NCBI GenBank assembly: GCA_947632105.1
Contig: CANROD010000006.1
Span: 6,296 to 70,295 of the forward strand
Length of the DNA: 64,000 bases
Source of the DNA: an uncultured Oligella sp.
GTDB lineage: Bacteria; Pseudomonadota; Gammaproteobacteria; Burkholderiales; Burkholderiaceae_B
Direction: 5' to 3'
Numbering within the stretch: the first letter of the stretch is position 1; each line of letters opens with the position of its first letter. The position numbers and the translations under genes are program-made. Under the pieces are notes generated by a model, which searched no databases, was not told where the DNA came from, and worked only from the letters and a program-made list of their open reading frames with translations. Below are positions 21,594 to 33,524 of the stretch, one piece after another.

Positions 21594-22670
21594 TTAGAGC
21601 TTTTTTTCTAATTCTTGTACTCTTCTGCGTAATTTATATAAATTTTTAATAGTTGCTGCATTTTTTTGCCACTCACTATGCTCTTCAATTGGATATGCAG
21701 AAGTATAGCGACCCGGTTTATTAATGCTCGACATAACACCTGTGGCACCTGAAATATGTACATCATCGGCCAATTCTAAATGTCCAGCAAGCATTGCAGC
21801 ACCTGCTAAGGTGCAACGCTTACCAATAATACTAGAGCCAGCAATACCAACACATGCAGCCATTGCGGTATGATCGCCAATTACACAATTGTGACCGATC
21901 ATAATATGACTATCTAACTTAACCCCGTTGCCTACTATAGTATCACTAAGTGCGCCACGATCGATTGCAGTACTTGCGCCGATTTCTACGTCGTTACCCA
22001 CAACAACACGACCAAATTGGGCAATTCTACACCACGCTCCTTTTTCAACAGTATTATCAGGAGCAAACCCAAAACCTTCAGCGCCTAAGGTGGCGTGACT
22101 ATGTAATAAACAACGGTCACCGATTTGAGTTCTGCGATACAGTGTGACATGAGGATAAAGCTTAGTGTCTGTACCAATGACACAGTTTTTAGCAATCACT
22201 GAGTGCGCTCCAATGACACTACCTTTACCAATCTTGACACCCTCTTCAATTACCACGTAAGGGCCAATAGCAACCCCATCAGCAATATCAGCTGACTCAT
22301 CAATAATTGCGGTAGGATGGATCACCTTAGGGATAAGATCGATACGAGAGTCATCAAAGTATTGTGAAATACGCGCATATAAAAGATATGGGTCCTCACA
22401 CGCAATAACCACAAACGGCACAGACTCTGGTAGTTTTTCAATACCTGCTTGTGGCAATATCACTGCACCAGCCTTAGTCTCCATAAGCAAATTAAACATA
22501 CGCGGATTAGACAGAAAGCTAATCTGATTACATTCAGCATGAGACAGAGAGCCCAGACCTATTATATTTGGCATCCCCTGCTTATCATCCATCTTGAGGG
22601 AGTATGGGACCCCCTCAGTATTAACTTGCTCTAATAACAGGTCGAGCGGAAGACTAAGGTTATTTGACAT
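21594..22670 (-). CDS. lpxD: UDP-3-O-acylglucosamine N-acyltransferase
   Basis: Hexapeptide repeats, GFGFAP, IDRGALSDT, IGHN. Confidence 0.96.
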   Translation of the reverse strand: MSNNLSLPLDLLLEQVNTEGVPYSLKMDDKQGMPNIIGLGSLSHAECNQISFLSNPRMFNLLMETKAGAVILPQAGIEKLPESVPFVVIACEDPYLLYARISQYFDDSRIDLIPKVIHPTAIIDESADIADGVAIGPYVVIEEGVKIGKGSVIGAHSVIAKNCVIGTDTKLYPHVTLYRRTQIGDRCLLHSHATLGAEGFGFAPDNTVEKGAWCRIAQFGRVVVGNDVEIGASTAIDRGALSDTIVGNGVKLDSHIMIGHNCVIGDHTAMAACVGIAGSSIIGKRCTLAGAAMLAGHLELADDVHISGATGVMSSINKPGRYTSAYPIEEHSEWQKNAATIKNLYKLRRRVQELEKKL

Positions 22671-22682
22671 AGCTATTATTTT

Positions 22683-23261
22683 TTATTTATCTAAAATTTC
22701 AATTACTTTATCTGTAATATCGATGCGTTCGCTAACTGTAACTGCATCTTGAAGAATCAAGTCATAAGACTCATCAGCTGCCAATTCATGGATAGCTGCA
22801 TTAGCTTTTTCTACAATCGTAGAAAAAGCATCGTTACGACGACGATTAAAATCCTCTTGAAACTCACGACGCTTGCGTTGTAAATCTGTATCCAAGTCTG
22901 TCAGCTCTCGCTGAGCTTTAGTACGGTCAGCATCAGACATAACAGGGGCATTTTTTTCAAAATCTAAGTACTTGGTCTGTAAGGTTTCAGTTAACTGCTG
23001 CAACTCCTCATCTCGCTGACCAAACTCCTCTTCGATCTTTGCTTGAGCCTCTTGAGCCGGTTTGGAATCACGAAGAATTTTCTCAGTATTAACAAAACCG
23101 ATTTTGATACCGTTAGCAGTAACATTTGTTTCTACTGCTGTTGCATCAGCTTCTTGAGCAATAACAGAAGGAACTATCGCAATAGAAGAAACTAACGTTG
23201 CTGATATTAAAACAGCCTGTAATTTGCGCAAAATAAAACTTTGATTTGACGTATTATTCAT
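22683..23261 (-). CDS. skp: Periplasmic chaperone Skp/OmpH
   Basis: Signal peptide, KIGFVN, coiled coil, DITDKVI; between bamA and lpxD. Confidence 0.93.
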   Translation of the reverse strand: MNNTSNQSFILRKLQAVLISATLVSSIAIVPSVIAQEADATAVETNVTANGIKIGFVNTEKILRDSKPAQEAQAKIEEEFGQRDEELQQLTETLQTKYLDFEKNAPVMSDADRTKAQRELTDLDTDLQRKRREFQEDFNRRRNDAFSTIVEKANAAIHELAADESYDLILQDAVTVSERIDITDKVIEILDK

Positions 23262-23380
23262 CTAAAGAACACCTCTGATTGAATTAATTTTTAAGTCGAT
23301 GACTCATTTGTAAAGCAATATAATATTAAATTTAAAAAATCATCGTTAATATTTTTTTAACTGATTGTAACTGCGCAATC

Positions 23381-25777
23381 CTAGAAAGAAGTACCAATTT
23401 GGAATTGAAACTGCTGTTTCTTATCACCCTCTTTGGAGTTAATGGGATTAGCCCAAGATATCTCAAGTGGACCCATTGGGGACTGCCATGACAAGCCTAT
23501 CCCCGCAGAAAAACGCCAATCACACGGCTCCGTTACAATCCCGCCATATTGGGCATTACCGGTATAACACTCTGATGCACCCGTTGTATCAATCTTACCT
23601 GCATCAGCAAAAAGGAACCAGCGTAAGGTTCGATCCTGATTTGTACCCGGAAACGGCAGATATAACTGTACATTTGCTAAGACACGACTGGAGCCACCAA
23701 GAAAGTCTCCAGACCAAGGATCTCGAGGACCTAGTGACGAACCATCATAACCGCGGACTGAACCGATACCACCAGCATACATATTTTTAATTACTGGAAA
23801 TGGATCAGAACCACTAAATGCACGACCATAATCGACTGATGCATTAAATGCAAGGGTAAAACTGTCGCCTAAAGGCAAATAATATTGCCCAGCTGCACTA
23901 GTTACCCAATAATTCAAATCACCGACACCAACAACCGCATCTAAACTAGTGCGATAACCACGCGTAGGTGCCAGTGCACTATCACGCGTATCTTTAGCCC
24001 AGCCCACATTGAAAAGTACGGTATTTGTAGATTCACCGTAGTGCTCAACATAGTCACGATATGCTTCTGGAATAACAGTATACTCTGCCTCCAAGCTACC
24101 TCGTGCAGGCAAAGTGACTCGGTTGTGTTCATAGGTCGCACCCATAAAAACACGATCATGCTCAGAAATAGGCACACCAAAATTCATACCGAAACCATAG
24201 GTACGAACCTTATAGGTTCTCTCGTCTTGATCATACACATAGTCGTTGTATGGTCGGTGCTCACGGAAATACAATGAGGTAGTACGACTAATACCGCTAC
24301 TCGTGAAATAAGGATCTGTATGGTGAATCACAGCTGAACGATTATAGCGACCGGTATTAATTTGCAACCCTAGGTTAGTACCTGAACCAAAAATATTATC
24401 CTGATTAATTCCGCCCATGAAGGATAACTTGTCGCTCGAACCATAGCCAACTCCCAAATTAATCAAGCCGGTAGGCTTTTCTTTAACGTTGACATTAATA
24501 TCAACCTGATCATTTGTTCCTGGAACGGCGCTTTGAGTCAAATCGACCGTATTAAAATAACCTAATCGGTCAATACGGTCTCTAGAAGCATCAAGTCTAG
24601 CCTCATCATACCAAGCAGACTCCTGCTGACGTATTTCACGACGAATCACTACATCTCGTGTGCGTACATTGCCACCAATATTGATACGACGGACATAGAT
24701 ACGGTTACCTGGGTTTACAAAATAAGTCACATCGACTTGATTTGTTTCAGGGTCTGTGACTGGCACGACATTAACTTGTGCTAGCGCATATCCCAGCTCA
24801 CCTAATCGAGACTCGATACGACGTACAGTTTCTTCTGAGCGTCTGTTACTATAGACTTGCCCATCGCTTTGTACAATAAGCCCTCTTAACTCGTCATTCA
24901 GTCCTAGTAAATCACCGGCTAACTGTAGCTTACGAATGGTATACGGACTACCCTCATCTACAGTAAAGTTGAGCGTAATATCCTGACGATCTGTCGAAAT
25001 GCTAACTTGTGGCTCACTAATATAAAAATCAAGATAACCGCGATCTAAATAAAAGTTTCGTAAGTTTTGCGTGTCACTTTCTAGACCTTCACGGCTGAAT
25101 CGGTGACTACCAGTAAACCATGTCATGTAGCCTGGGGTAGTTTGCACCATCTGTTTACGCAATGTAGATGAACTATAAGTCTCATTGCCTACAAAATTAA
25201 TATCAGCAATGCTAGCGCGACCACCCTCTTGGATCTGAAAACTAACACCGACACGATTGCCTGGTAACGGAGTTAACGTATGGTCAATAGTGGCACCATA
25301 GTGCCCTTTAAGAATATATTGTGAACGTATTTCCTCTTTTGCTCTATCTAATGTCGCTGGGTTAAGCGCACGACCTTCTCCAAATCCCACCTGCAATAAT
25401 GAAGTATTTAAATCCTTATCATTAAAAGCATTCATACCTTCATATATTAGTGAACTGACAATCGGTCGCTCAACCACTTGAACATCAACAATACGATTTT
25501 GCGTACTGATATTTACATCATCAAATAAACCTGTAGCGTACAAACGTTGTACAGTGTCTGTGGCCTGATCTTCCGTAAAAGTACCTCCGACTCCTACCGG
25601 TAAATAGCTAAAGACCATCCCCGGCTCTGCACTTTGTAAACCAGTAACACGAATATCCTGCACAACAAATGGTGAAAAAGCTAAAGCTTTCAATGGCACG
25701 AGTAAAGACAAAGAAAGAGCTGTTAAATTCGATGCTAAGGATTTTTTGTTATGGGCAAGGTTTCGGCGTATACGCAT
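23381..25777 (-). CDS. bamA: Outer membrane protein assembly factor BamA
   Basis: POTRA repeats (GNVRTRDVVIRRE), SVRGY loop, C-terminal FQFQIGTSF. Confidence 0.97.
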   Translation of the reverse strand: MRIRRNLAHNKKSLASNLTALSLSLLVPLKALAFSPFVVQDIRVTGLQSAEPGMVFSYLPVGVGGTFTEDQATDTVQRLYATGLFDDVNISTQNRIVDVQVVERPIVSSLIYEGMNAFNDKDLNTSLLQVGFGEGRALNPATLDRAKEEIRSQYILKGHYGATIDHTLTPLPGNRVGVSFQIQEGGRASIADINFVGNETYSSSTLRKQMVQTTPGYMTWFTGSHRFSREGLESDTQNLRNFYLDRGYLDFYISEPQVSISTDRQDITLNFTVDEGSPYTIRKLQLAGDLLGLNDELRGLIVQSDGQVYSNRRSEETVRRIESRLGELGYALAQVNVVPVTDPETNQVDVTYFVNPGNRIYVRRINIGGNVRTRDVVIRREIRQQESAWYDEARLDASRDRIDRLGYFNTVDLTQSAVPGTNDQVDINVNVKEKPTGLINLGVGYGSSDKLSFMGGINQDNIFGSGTNLGLQINTGRYNRSAVIHHTDPYFTSSGISRTTSLYFREHRPYNDYVYDQDERTYKVRTYGFGMNFGVPISEHDRVFMGATYEHNRVTLPARGSLEAEYTVIPEAYRDYVEHYGESTNTVLFNVGWAKDTRDSALAPTRGYRTSLDAVVGVGDLNYWVTSAAGQYYLPLGDSFTLAFNASVDYGRAFSGSDPFPVIKNMYAGGIGSVRGYDGSSLGPRDPWSGDFLGGSSRVLANVQLYLPFPGTNQDRTLRWFLFADAGKIDTTGASECYTGNAQYGGIVTEPCDWRFSAGIGLSWQSPMGPLEISWANPINSKEGDKKQQFQFQIGTSF

Positions 25778-25946
25778 TAACAATCCTTTAATTTTAAGAA
25801 AACTGCCGACAAATATTATCCGACAGGACCATACTAAAAAGTTAAAAATATTATTTTAAGACAAATCTAATACTTATGTCTGTAAAGTCTATAGATGAGT
25901 AAAACTACTCAATTATGCCACCGTTCAAGTGCGATTTTAGTTTTTT

Positions 25947-27371
25947 TTATAAAAGTCTAAAAATATCACTAGTAAAGGCAAGCACCATTAGTAGCAGTAA
26001 TATAGCATAGCCTGTCGCATGCACATGACGTATTATATTTTCAGATAAAGGCTTACCACGGACTCCTTCAATTGCGCAAATTACCATCTGCCCTCCATCA
26101 AGGGCTGGAATAGGTAGTAAATTAAGCACCCCAATACTAAGACTAATTAAGGCAATAAAAGAAATAAAAGGCCAAACACCGGCTTCTGCAACTTTACCGG
26201 AGTAATCGGCGATAGTGATGGGACCACTTAAATTACGCCAAGAAACATCACCAGTAATAATTCGCCCCACTACTTTGATAGACATAGCAGCTAATTGATA
26301 GGTTTTCTCGACTGCCTTACTAAAACTTTCGACAACACCATACCTAACAGTCATGGTGGGTAGATCAGCAGACAAACGCATACCAGCACGACCAAAACTT
26401 TGTCCATCTTGAGTGATAAGATCTGGACTCAATAAAATAGATAAATCAGTTCCTTTACGATCAACAGATAAGCAAAGGCTTTGCCCAGGGTTATCTCTAA
26501 ATGCTGCCATTAGAGCAGTCATACTAAATATATCGTTAACTGGTTGTTCAGGCTGCATTTGCTCGCAAAAACCATTGATGATATCCCCATCAATCAACCC
26601 TGCCTTAATGGCAGCACTGTTAGCCAATACCTCAACAACCCTGACTCGAGAAGTATCAATAGCTAAACCGTTTTCAGACATTAAATTGCGATTTTCTAAA
26701 CTGCCACTAACAGGTTCAAACTGGATAGTTAATGACTCTTGAGGATAAGAAGCTAGTTGTCGCTCTAAGTCTTGAACATGTTGAGGTAAATTTTGACTGT
26801 CTAAATTGCGGATAACACTTAATGTTGCATCGCGACCAAAATGAATAGGGTCTAATAACGCTTCATTTAATTGAGACCAACCATATACCGCAGAACCATT
26901 AACCGCTGTAATCAAATCATGATGACGCAACCCTGCGTTAGCTGCGGCTGATGCTACTGGTGGCTCTCTCAAGACTGCTATGACCTCTTGCTCGCCCTTT
27001 AGATTGATACCTGTATAAATTAAAATAGCTAATATAAAGCTAAACAACGGTCCGGCAGCATAAACTACAAAGCGATGCCAAGGAGTCACTTCTTCTATCG
27101 TTTTACCAGGTAAGCCTGTAGAACTAGCCACAAGTTGACTGTAATTTTCCGAGGCGATGGATAATGGTTTAACATAACCACCTAACGGCAAAGCGCTAAG
27201 AGCCCACTCACAACCACGGCGATCAACTCGCTTATAAATAACGCGACCAAAACCTAGTGAAAAGCGTTCAACATGAATACCGAAAACACGACAGGCCAAA
27301 TAATGTCCCCACTCGTGAAAAACGACGACAACACTAATGGTAATTAAAAAACTAATGATGGTTGTTAACAT
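25947..27371 (-). CDS. rseP: RIP metalloprotease RseP
   Basis: HEWGH, PLGGYV, PDZ region, NLLPIPALDGG. Confidence 0.96.
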   Translation of the reverse strand: MLTTIISFLITISVVVVFHEWGHYLACRVFGIHVERFSLGFGRVIYKRVDRRGCEWALSALPLGGYVKPLSIASENYSQLVASSTGLPGKTIEEVTPWHRFVVYAAGPLFSFILAILIYTGINLKGEQEVIAVLREPPVASAAANAGLRHHDLITAVNGSAVYGWSQLNEALLDPIHFGRDATLSVIRNLDSQNLPQHVQDLERQLASYPQESLTIQFEPVSGSLENRNLMSENGLAIDTSRVRVVEVLANSAAIKAGLIDGDIINGFCEQMQPEQPVNDIFSMTALMAAFRDNPGQSLCLSVDRKGTDLSILLSPDLITQDGQSFGRAGMRLSADLPTMTVRYGVVESFSKAVEKTYQLAAMSIKVVGRIITGDVSWRNLSGPITIADYSGKVAEAGVWPFISFIALISLSIGVLNLLPIPALDGGQMVICAIEGVRGKPLSENIIRHVHATGYAILLLLMVLAFTSDIFRLL

Positions 27372-27389
27372 GAAATTTTTTCTAAAAGC

Positions 27390-28565
27390 CTAGATAAAAT
27401 GCTGTAATTGCTCTGATGACTTGGCTCTGACCTCTTCGTCAAAGGCATAAACCGCTTCAATTGAGTCTATCCCTTCACTCCAGTTTTGCTCTAGCATCGA
27501 ATCTATAAGGCAAGGAATATCGGTAAATTTTATCTTATTATTCAAAAAGGCATCAACGGCCACTTCATTACTACCATTGAGTACAATCGTGCTCTCCTGC
27601 CCTGCTGCTGAGGCTTGATATGCTAGCGATAAACAAGGATAACGTTGTAGGTCAGGTAGTTTAAAGTTTAACTGTGTAAATTGACTAAAGTCGAACTCTT
27701 TGCACTGATTAGTAACGCGGTCAGGATATGCTAAAGCATGAGAAATTGGAATACGCATATCTGAATTACCAAGTTGAGCCAAAATTGAACCGTCACAATA
27801 ATGCACCATGGAATGTACCGTACTCTCAGGATGTACTAAGACCTTAATTTGCTGCAAAGGTATATTGAATAACCATCTAGCCTCGATAACCTCAAGGCCT
27901 TTGTTAAGCATGGTTGCAGAATCAACTGAAATCTTTCGACCCATAGACCAATTGGGGTGTTTGCAGGCTTGCGCTGGCGTGACAGCATCTAACAAGCTAA
28001 TATCTGTATCTCGGAATGGTCCACCAGAAGCGGTTAAGATGATTTGCTTAACCTGCTCATGATTGATTGGGTTAGGTAAGCACTGAAAAATAGCGTTATG
28101 CTCACTATCAATGGGTAATAGCTCAGCGCCACTTTGCTTGACGGCCTTCATAAAAAGCTCGCCTGAAGCTACTAAAGCCTCTTTATTAGCGAGCAGTATA
28201 CGCTTACCAGCCTTAGCTGCTGCATAAGCTGAAGCTAGACCTGCTGTACCGACTATCGCACAAACGACTGTATCAACCTCAGCATCTGTGGCTGTATCCG
28301 TCAAGGCTTGAGTGCCAATACGTAACTCTGGTAAATCATGAGTGCTAGGCCATGCAGCAAGAAATCTTTGCTTAGCCTCTTGGTTAGGCAAAATTAATAC
28401 GCTGGGTCTATGCTTTAGACTCAATTCAACTAGTTTATCAACTTGACTAAAGGCACTCATAGCATAGACCTCAAAATCGTCTGGATGAAGTGCAATCACA
28501 TCCAATGTACTATCACCGATTGAGCCAGTAGCACCGAATAAACAGATACGTTGAGGTTTGGCCAT
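27390..28565 (-). CDS. dxr: 1-deoxy-D-xylulose-5-phosphate reductoisomerase
   Basis: GATGSIG, LANKE, PIDSEHNA, HPNWSMG.KISVDSA. Confidence 0.98.
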   Translation of the reverse strand: MAKPQRICLFGATGSIGDSTLDVIALHPDDFEVYAMSAFSQVDKLVELSLKHRPSVLILPNQEAKQRFLAAWPSTHDLPELRIGTQALTDTATDAEVDTVVCAIVGTAGLASAYAAAKAGKRILLANKEALVASGELFMKAVKQSGAELLPIDSEHNAIFQCLPNPINHEQVKQIILTASGGPFRDTDISLLDAVTPAQACKHPNWSMGRKISVDSATMLNKGLEVIEARWLFNIPLQQIKVLVHPESTVHSMVHYCDGSILAQLGNSDMRIPISHALAYPDRVTNQCKEFDFSQFTQLNFKLPDLQRYPCLSLAYQASAAGQESTIVLNGSNEVAVDAFLNNKIKFTDIPCLIDSMLEQNWSEGIDSIEAVYAFDEEVRAKSSEQLQHFI

Positions 28566-28586
28566 GTCTAAAACTCCAAAATTCTC

Positions 28587-29468
28587 TTAAACTAAGAAAA
28601 TGTACATTAATAAGAAAGTCATTGGCGTTACCACCAAAACTGAATCCAATCGGTCCCAAACCCCACCATGGCCTGGCAAAATATTACTCGAGTCTTTCAG
28701 ACCTGCTCGACGTTTCATTAGCGACTCATATAAATCACCGATAATTGAGTAAATAGTTAAAATCACCGCACTGAACAAAACTAGTAATAAATTGCTATGC
28801 TTTAATAAGATGCCGCCAAAGGAAGTAGGGCTTAAATAAGCGCTTATTACTACCCATAATGTGGCAGCCACTATGCCACAAATCGCTCCAGAACGTGTTT
28901 TGCCAGGACTAATACCCGGAGCCAACTTAGCCCCACCAAAATGACGTCCACCAAAATAAGCAAAACTGTCAGCAAACCAAATTAGGATTAAATATGAAAA
29001 TACAAACCAAGAACCCAGATACTGCACAAAGATAATGAGAGACAGTGCACCCGCTGATACCGCAATTAAGCCAAATATAGTATGGAAAAAATAATTTTCT
29101 TTGTATTCAGTTTGCTCTTTTTTCAACACTAAAGGGATAATAAAAAGCCAAATTACACTACTAATAATGCATAAAAACAAATTTAAACGTATGAGGCCTG
29201 TATCAGCAAATTCTGAGTTAACTACGCCATATTCACCACGAGTAACAAGACTAAAACTAAGATACACTACGATAGCCGTCAACGCGCCAGTTGTCATAAA
29301 AGCTATTTTTGTGAAACGCTTGTCTAAGCTAATTCTCCACCACTCTGCCAACGTTAGGCCAGATGCGATGACACAAAAAATTGCAAAATACACACTTTGC
29401 CGTAATGACAGTAAAAACATTAAAATCAATACCAACACGACTGCTGTAATCAGGCGCTCTCGCAACAT
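28587..29468 (-). CDS. cdsA: Phosphatidate cytidylyltransferase
   Basis: ISPGKT, GDLYES.MKR.AG.KDS..LPGHGG.WDRLDS. Confidence 0.96.
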   Translation of the reverse strand: MLRERLITAVVLVLILMFLLSLRQSVYFAIFCVIASGLTLAEWWRISLDKRFTKIAFMTTGALTAIVVYLSFSLVTRGEYGVVNSEFADTGLIRLNLFLCIISSVIWLFIIPLVLKKEQTEYKENYFFHTIFGLIAVSAGALSLIIFVQYLGSWFVFSYLILIWFADSFAYFGGRHFGGAKLAPGISPGKTRSGAICGIVAATLWVVISAYLSPTSFGGILLKHSNLLLVLFSAVILTIYSIIGDLYESLMKRRAGLKDSSNILPGHGGVWDRLDSVLVVTPMTFLLMYIFLV

Positions 29469-29491
29469 ATAACTCTCAATAGTATAGGAAA

Positions 29492-30247
29492 TTATTTTAA
29501 TAGTTGAGCGCTAGTTTGACCAAAGCGACGCTCACGACTTGCGTACCAGTCCATAGCCTCATCAAGATGCTTGTCTCTAATATCTGGCCAGTATATAGGT
29601 GTAAAATATAGTTCCGTATATGCTAATTGCCAAATTAAAAAATTAGAGATTCTCTGCTCACCGCCGGTTCGAATAAATAAATCAGGCTCTGGTGCCCACG
29701 ACATACTGAGGTACTTATCAAACTCAAGCTCATCAACAAGGTGTTCTGGATGTGCACCGTGCTCCTGCATATAACGTTGAAAAGCACTCAAAATATCCCA
29801 ACGACCACCATAATTAGCTGCAACCGTTAGATGCATTGAATCATTGCCTTTAGTTAACTCCTCTGCCTCTAAAATTAGCTCACGAATTTGAGCATTAAAA
29901 GCAGAAAGATCACCAACAACCTTCAAGCAAATATTGTTTTTATGTAATGTTTTGACCTCTTTTTGCAAAGAGCGCACAAAGAGTCGCATTAATAAATCAA
30001 CCTCGTCTTGAGGACGACGCCAATTTTCAGAGCTAAAACTAAATAACGTCAGATACTTAATTCCCTTACGTCCACAGTAACGTACGATCCGGCGTACAGC
30101 ACCAATCCCACGCAAATGACCGGCAGTACGGGGCAAGTGTCGTGCAGTTGCCCAACGGCCATTACCATCCATAACGACTGCCAAATGCTGTGGAATTGCA
30201 GAAACTTCAGGTACTGCCTGTGTTGAACTAATTTTGGACTTCGACAC
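29492..30247 (-). CDS. uppS: Undecaprenyl diphosphate synthase
   Basis: [31 protein letters not shown] start at 30247 chosen because GAGGGG lies just upstream. Confidence 0.96.
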   Translation of the reverse strand: MSKSKISSTQAVPEVSAIPQHLAVVMDGNGRWATARHLPRTAGHLRGIGAVRRIVRYCGRKGIKYLTLFSFSSENWRRPQDEVDLLMRLFVRSLQKEVKTLHKNNICLKVVGDLSAFNAQIRELILEAEELTKGNDSMHLTVAANYGGRWDILSAFQRYMQEHGAHPEHLVDELEFDKYLSMSWAPEPDLFIRTGGEQRISNFLIWQLAYTELYFTPIYWPDIRDKHLDEAMDWYASRERRFGQTSAQLLK

Positions 30248-30279
30248 TAAACCCCTCACTTAATTAACAACTGTTATGG

Positions 30280-30840
30280 TTAAACAGTCATTACCTCTTC
30301 TTCTTTACGACTAATTAAGCTATCAATCTCAGTAACAAACTTATCAGTAAGCTTTTGCACTACATCCTGATAGCGACGCTCATCGTCTTCAGATATTTCT
30401 TTATCTTTGACTAGGTTTTTGAGATTATCATTAGCTTCGCGACGCAAATTACGAATTGCCACCTTAGAATCTTCGCCTTCAGCGCGGACCACTCGTGTTA
30501 ACTCACGTCGACGATCCTCAGTTAACGCAGGCATTGGTACACGAATCACATCACCTAATGGCACAGGGTTTAAGCCTAAATCTGACTCTCTAATTGCTTT
30601 TTCTACAACAGAGATCATGTTCTTTTCCCAAGGCTGTACGCTAAGTGCACGAGCATCAATTACGTTAACATTTGCCACTTGGCTAATTGGTACCATCGAA
30701 CCATAATAATCAACTTGCACATGATCTAACAAACCCGGACTTGCACGGCCAGTACGAATCTTACTTAGGTTAGTTGATAAATTTTCAATCGATTTACTCA
30801 TACGGTCTTCAGCCGATTTAATTATCTCACTTGTACTCAT
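30280..30840 (-). CDS. frr: Ribosome recycling factor
   Basis: IRTGRA, YYG, LGLNP, LTEDRR, AIRNLRR. Confidence 0.98.
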   Translation of the reverse strand: MSTSEIIKSAEDRMSKSIENLSTNLSKIRTGRASPGLLDHVQVDYYGSMVPISQVANVNVIDARALSVQPWEKNMISVVEKAIRESDLGLNPVPLGDVIRVPMPALTEDRRRELTRVVRAEGEDSKVAIRNLRREANDNLKNLVKDKEISEDDERRYQDVVQKLTDKFVTEIDSLISRKEEEVMTV

Positions 30841-30862
30841 TATTTTCTCTAATTATTAAATA

Positions 30863-31582
30863 TTAAACATGAACTAAGGTACCTTCATCCTCACCGCGAA
30901 TAACGCGTTCTAAGGCACCGCTTTTGTTAATAGAAAACACATTAATCGGTAATTTTTGATCGCGACATAAAGCAAATGCGGTAGCATCCATGACCTCAAG
31001 ACGTTTAGAAATCGCCTCATCAAAACTAATGCTACTATAGCGTGTAGCTTTTGGATCCTTATTAGGATCTGCACTATAAATACCATCAACCTTAGTAGCC
31101 TTCAATACAATTTCGGCACCTATTTCAGCGCCTCGTAAGGCAGCAGCAGTATCGGTAGTAAAGAATGGATTACCAGTACCACCAGCAAAAATTACTACCT
31201 TTTTCTCTTCAAGGTAACGAAGAGCTTTGGGACGAATATAAGGCTCTACGACCTGATCGATATTAATAGCAGACTGAACTCGAGCAACGACTCCGTGCCC
31301 CTTTAGAGCATCCTGGAGTGCTAAAGCATTCATAACAGTCGCCATCATCCCCATATAATCAGCAGTAGCTCTATCCATCCCCTGAGCGCCAGGCGCTACA
31401 CCGCGGAAAATATTACCACCACCAATCACAATCGCTAATTCAACTCCCATCTTAGCAATTTCAGCAACGTCTTGGGTCATGCGAGAAATAGTTTGGCGGT
31501 TAATGCCAAAAGAGTCTTCCCCCATTAACGCTTCACCTGAGAGTTTTAATAACACTCGTTTATAAGCAATTTCACTAGTCAT
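30863..31582 (-). CDS. pyrH: UMP kinase
   Basis: [33 protein letters not shown]. Start moved to the ATG at 31582. Confidence 0.98.
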   Translation of the reverse strand: MTSEIAYKRVLLKLSGEALMGEDSFGINRQTISRMTQDVAEIAKMGVELAIVIGGGNIFRGVAPGAQGMDRATADYMGMMATVMNALALQDALKGHGVVARVQSAINIDQVVEPYIRPKALRYLEEKKVVIFAGGTGNPFFTTDTAAALRGAEIGAEIVLKATKVDGIYSADPNKDPKATRYSSISFDEAISKRLEVMDATAFALCRDQKLPINVFSINKSGALERVIRGEDEGTLVHV

Positions 31583-31648
31583 TTTCGCACCATATAAAAA
31601 GAATCGCCCTATTTTATCAAAGTTTGAGAAGCTAATAGGAGCATGCAT

Positions 31649-31680
31649 AAAAAAACCGAGATCTAATCGACCTCGGTTTT
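31649..31680 (-). terminator. Intrinsic terminator after tsf
   Basis: AAAACCGAG...CTCGGTTTT stem with a 7-A run (U-tract on the minus strand). Confidence 0.8.
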
Positions 31681-31730
31681 ATTGTTATTAGAAACTATTT
31701 AAAACAACGATTCCAATAACTTACTCAATA

Positions 31731-32606
31731 CTATAGAGAAGCTTGAGCAGCGGCAACTTCAGCAGCAAAGTCTTCTTCTTTTTTCTCGATACCTTCACCA
31801 ACAACAAAGATAGCGAAATTTTTAACAGAAGCATTGTTAGCTTTAAGCATTTGCTCAACAGTCTGTTTATCATCTTTAACGAAAGGCTGAGAAACTAAAG
31901 CAACCTCTTTTAAGAACTTCGCAACAGAGCCTTCAACAATTTTCTCGATGATGTTAGCAGGCTTGCCGTCTTCCTCTGCTTTTTGCTTAGCAACAGAACG
32001 CTCAGTTTCAATTAGCTCAGCAGGAACGCCATCAGCATCTAAAGCTTGTGGGCGAGTAGCCGCAACGTGCATTGCTAAATCTTTACCAACTTCATCTGAT
32101 CCGCTATAGTCGACCAATACTCCGATACGACCACCGTGGTTGTAAAGTGATAATTTATCTTCAGTATCAAAACGCTTGAAGCGACGAACTGCTAAATTCT
32201 CACCAATTTTACCAACTAAAGCAGCACGTACAGATTCAACAGTACCATCACGGAATGCTGTAGCATTTAAAATTTCAAGATCTGCTGGGTTAGTTTCAAC
32301 AACTAGCTTGGTTATATCATTAACAAAGTTAATGAAGTCATCATTTTTAGAAACGAAATCTGTCTCGCAGTTAACCTCAACCAATGCGCCTGTTTTAGCG
32401 TCATCAGCAACGTAAATGCCGACTAAACCCTCAGCAGTAACTCGGCTAGCAGCTTTGCTGGCTTTATTACCTAATTTAACACGCAAAATTTCTTCTGCAC
32501 GAGCCATATCGCCATCAGCTTCAGTCAAAGCCTTTTTGCATTCCATCATAGGTGCATCAGTCTTTTCACGAAGTTCTTTCACCATTGCAGCGGTAATTGC
32601 AGCCAT
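31731..32606 (-). CDS. tsf: Elongation factor Ts
   Basis: [32 protein letters not shown]; GGAG RBS before the ATG at 32606. Confidence 0.98.
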   Translation of the reverse strand: MAAITAAMVKELREKTDAPMMECKKALTEADGDMARAEEILRVKLGNKASKAASRVTAEGLVGIYVADDAKTGALVEVNCETDFVSKNDDFINFVNDITKLVVETNPADLEILNATAFRDGTVESVRAALVGKIGENLAVRRFKRFDTEDKLSLYNHGGRIGVLVDYSGSDEVGKDLAMHVAATRPQALDADGVPAELIETERSVAKQKAEEDGKPANIIEKIVEGSVAKFLKEVALVSQPFVKDDKQTVEQMLKANNASVKNFAIFVVGEGIEKKEEDFAAEVAAAQASL

Positions 32607-32621
32607 GTAATTCTCCAAAAT

Positions 32622-32651
32622 AAAAAAAGCCCCGTTTAGTAGTGACGGGGC
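32622..32651 (-). terminator. Terminator/attenuator between rpsB and tsf
   Basis: Minus strand GCCCCGT-N9-ACGGGGC followed by TTTTTTT. Confidence 0.75.
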
Positions 32652-32746
32652 CATTCATTGTCTCTAATCCGAACAGCCCAACTGTTCTAATGAATCTACC
32701 TTAATAAAGTGACAATATTAAGGCAAAAAACGCTCAAGTAAATAAA

Positions 32747-33520
32747 TTACTCTTCAGAAGCTTCTTCTGCTTCTTGAACTACTTCCTCAATAGCCTCTTC
32801 AGCTTGCTGCTCTTCCTGAAGCATTTCGACTAAAGCACCATCACGAGCTTCGCGACCGGCGATAACAGCATCAGCAACGCCACGTGCGTATAGAGCAATA
32901 GCTTTAGCAGAGTCATCATTACCAGGAATAACATAATCGATATCATCAGGAGAATGGTTAGTATCGACAATACCAACAATCTTAATACCTAGAGTACGTG
33001 CTTCTTGAATAGCAATTTTGTGGTAACCGACATCAATTACGAAGAGCACGCTAGGCAATTTAGCCATATCTTTAATGCCGCCGATTGATTTTTCAAGCTT
33101 ATCTAGCTCGCGGCTGAACATAAGTGCTTCTTTTTTGCTCATTAGCTCAGTACTACCATCGGCCTCAGCAGCTTCCATATCTTTTAAGCGTTTAATTGAC
33201 GACTTAACAGTTTTAAAGTTAGTCATCATACCGCCCAACCAACGATTATTAACGTATGGTGAGCCAGAACGAGCAGCCTCTTGAGCGACGATGTCGCGAG
33301 CAGCGCGCTTAGTACCTACAAAAAGAATCTCTTCACCACGAGCTGCAGAGGCGCGTAAGAAGTCCATTGCTTCGATGTACTTTTGAACAGTTTTTTCTAA
33401 GTTAACGACGTGGATTTTGTTGCGCTGACCGAAAATGTAAGGAGCCATTTTCGGGTTCCAGTAACGAGTCTGGTGGCCAAAGTGCACACCGGCTTCTAGC
33501 ATTTCACGTAATAATGACAT
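32747..33520 (-). CDS. rpsB: 30S ribosomal protein S2
   Basis: [34 protein letters not shown]; true start MSLLRE at 33520 with GGAG RBS. Confidence 0.98.
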   Translation of the reverse strand: MSLLREMLEAGVHFGHQTRYWNPKMAPYIFGQRNKIHVVNLEKTVQKYIEAMDFLRASAARGEEILFVGTKRAARDIVAQEAARSGSPYVNNRWLGGMMTNFKTVKSSIKRLKDMEAAEADGSTELMSKKEALMFSRELDKLEKSIGGIKDMAKLPSVLFVIDVGYHKIAIQEARTLGIKIVGIVDTNHSPDDIDYVIPGNDDSAKAIALYARGVADAVIAGREARDGALVEMLQEEQQAEEAIEEVVQEAEEASEE

Positions 33521-33524
33521 ATGA

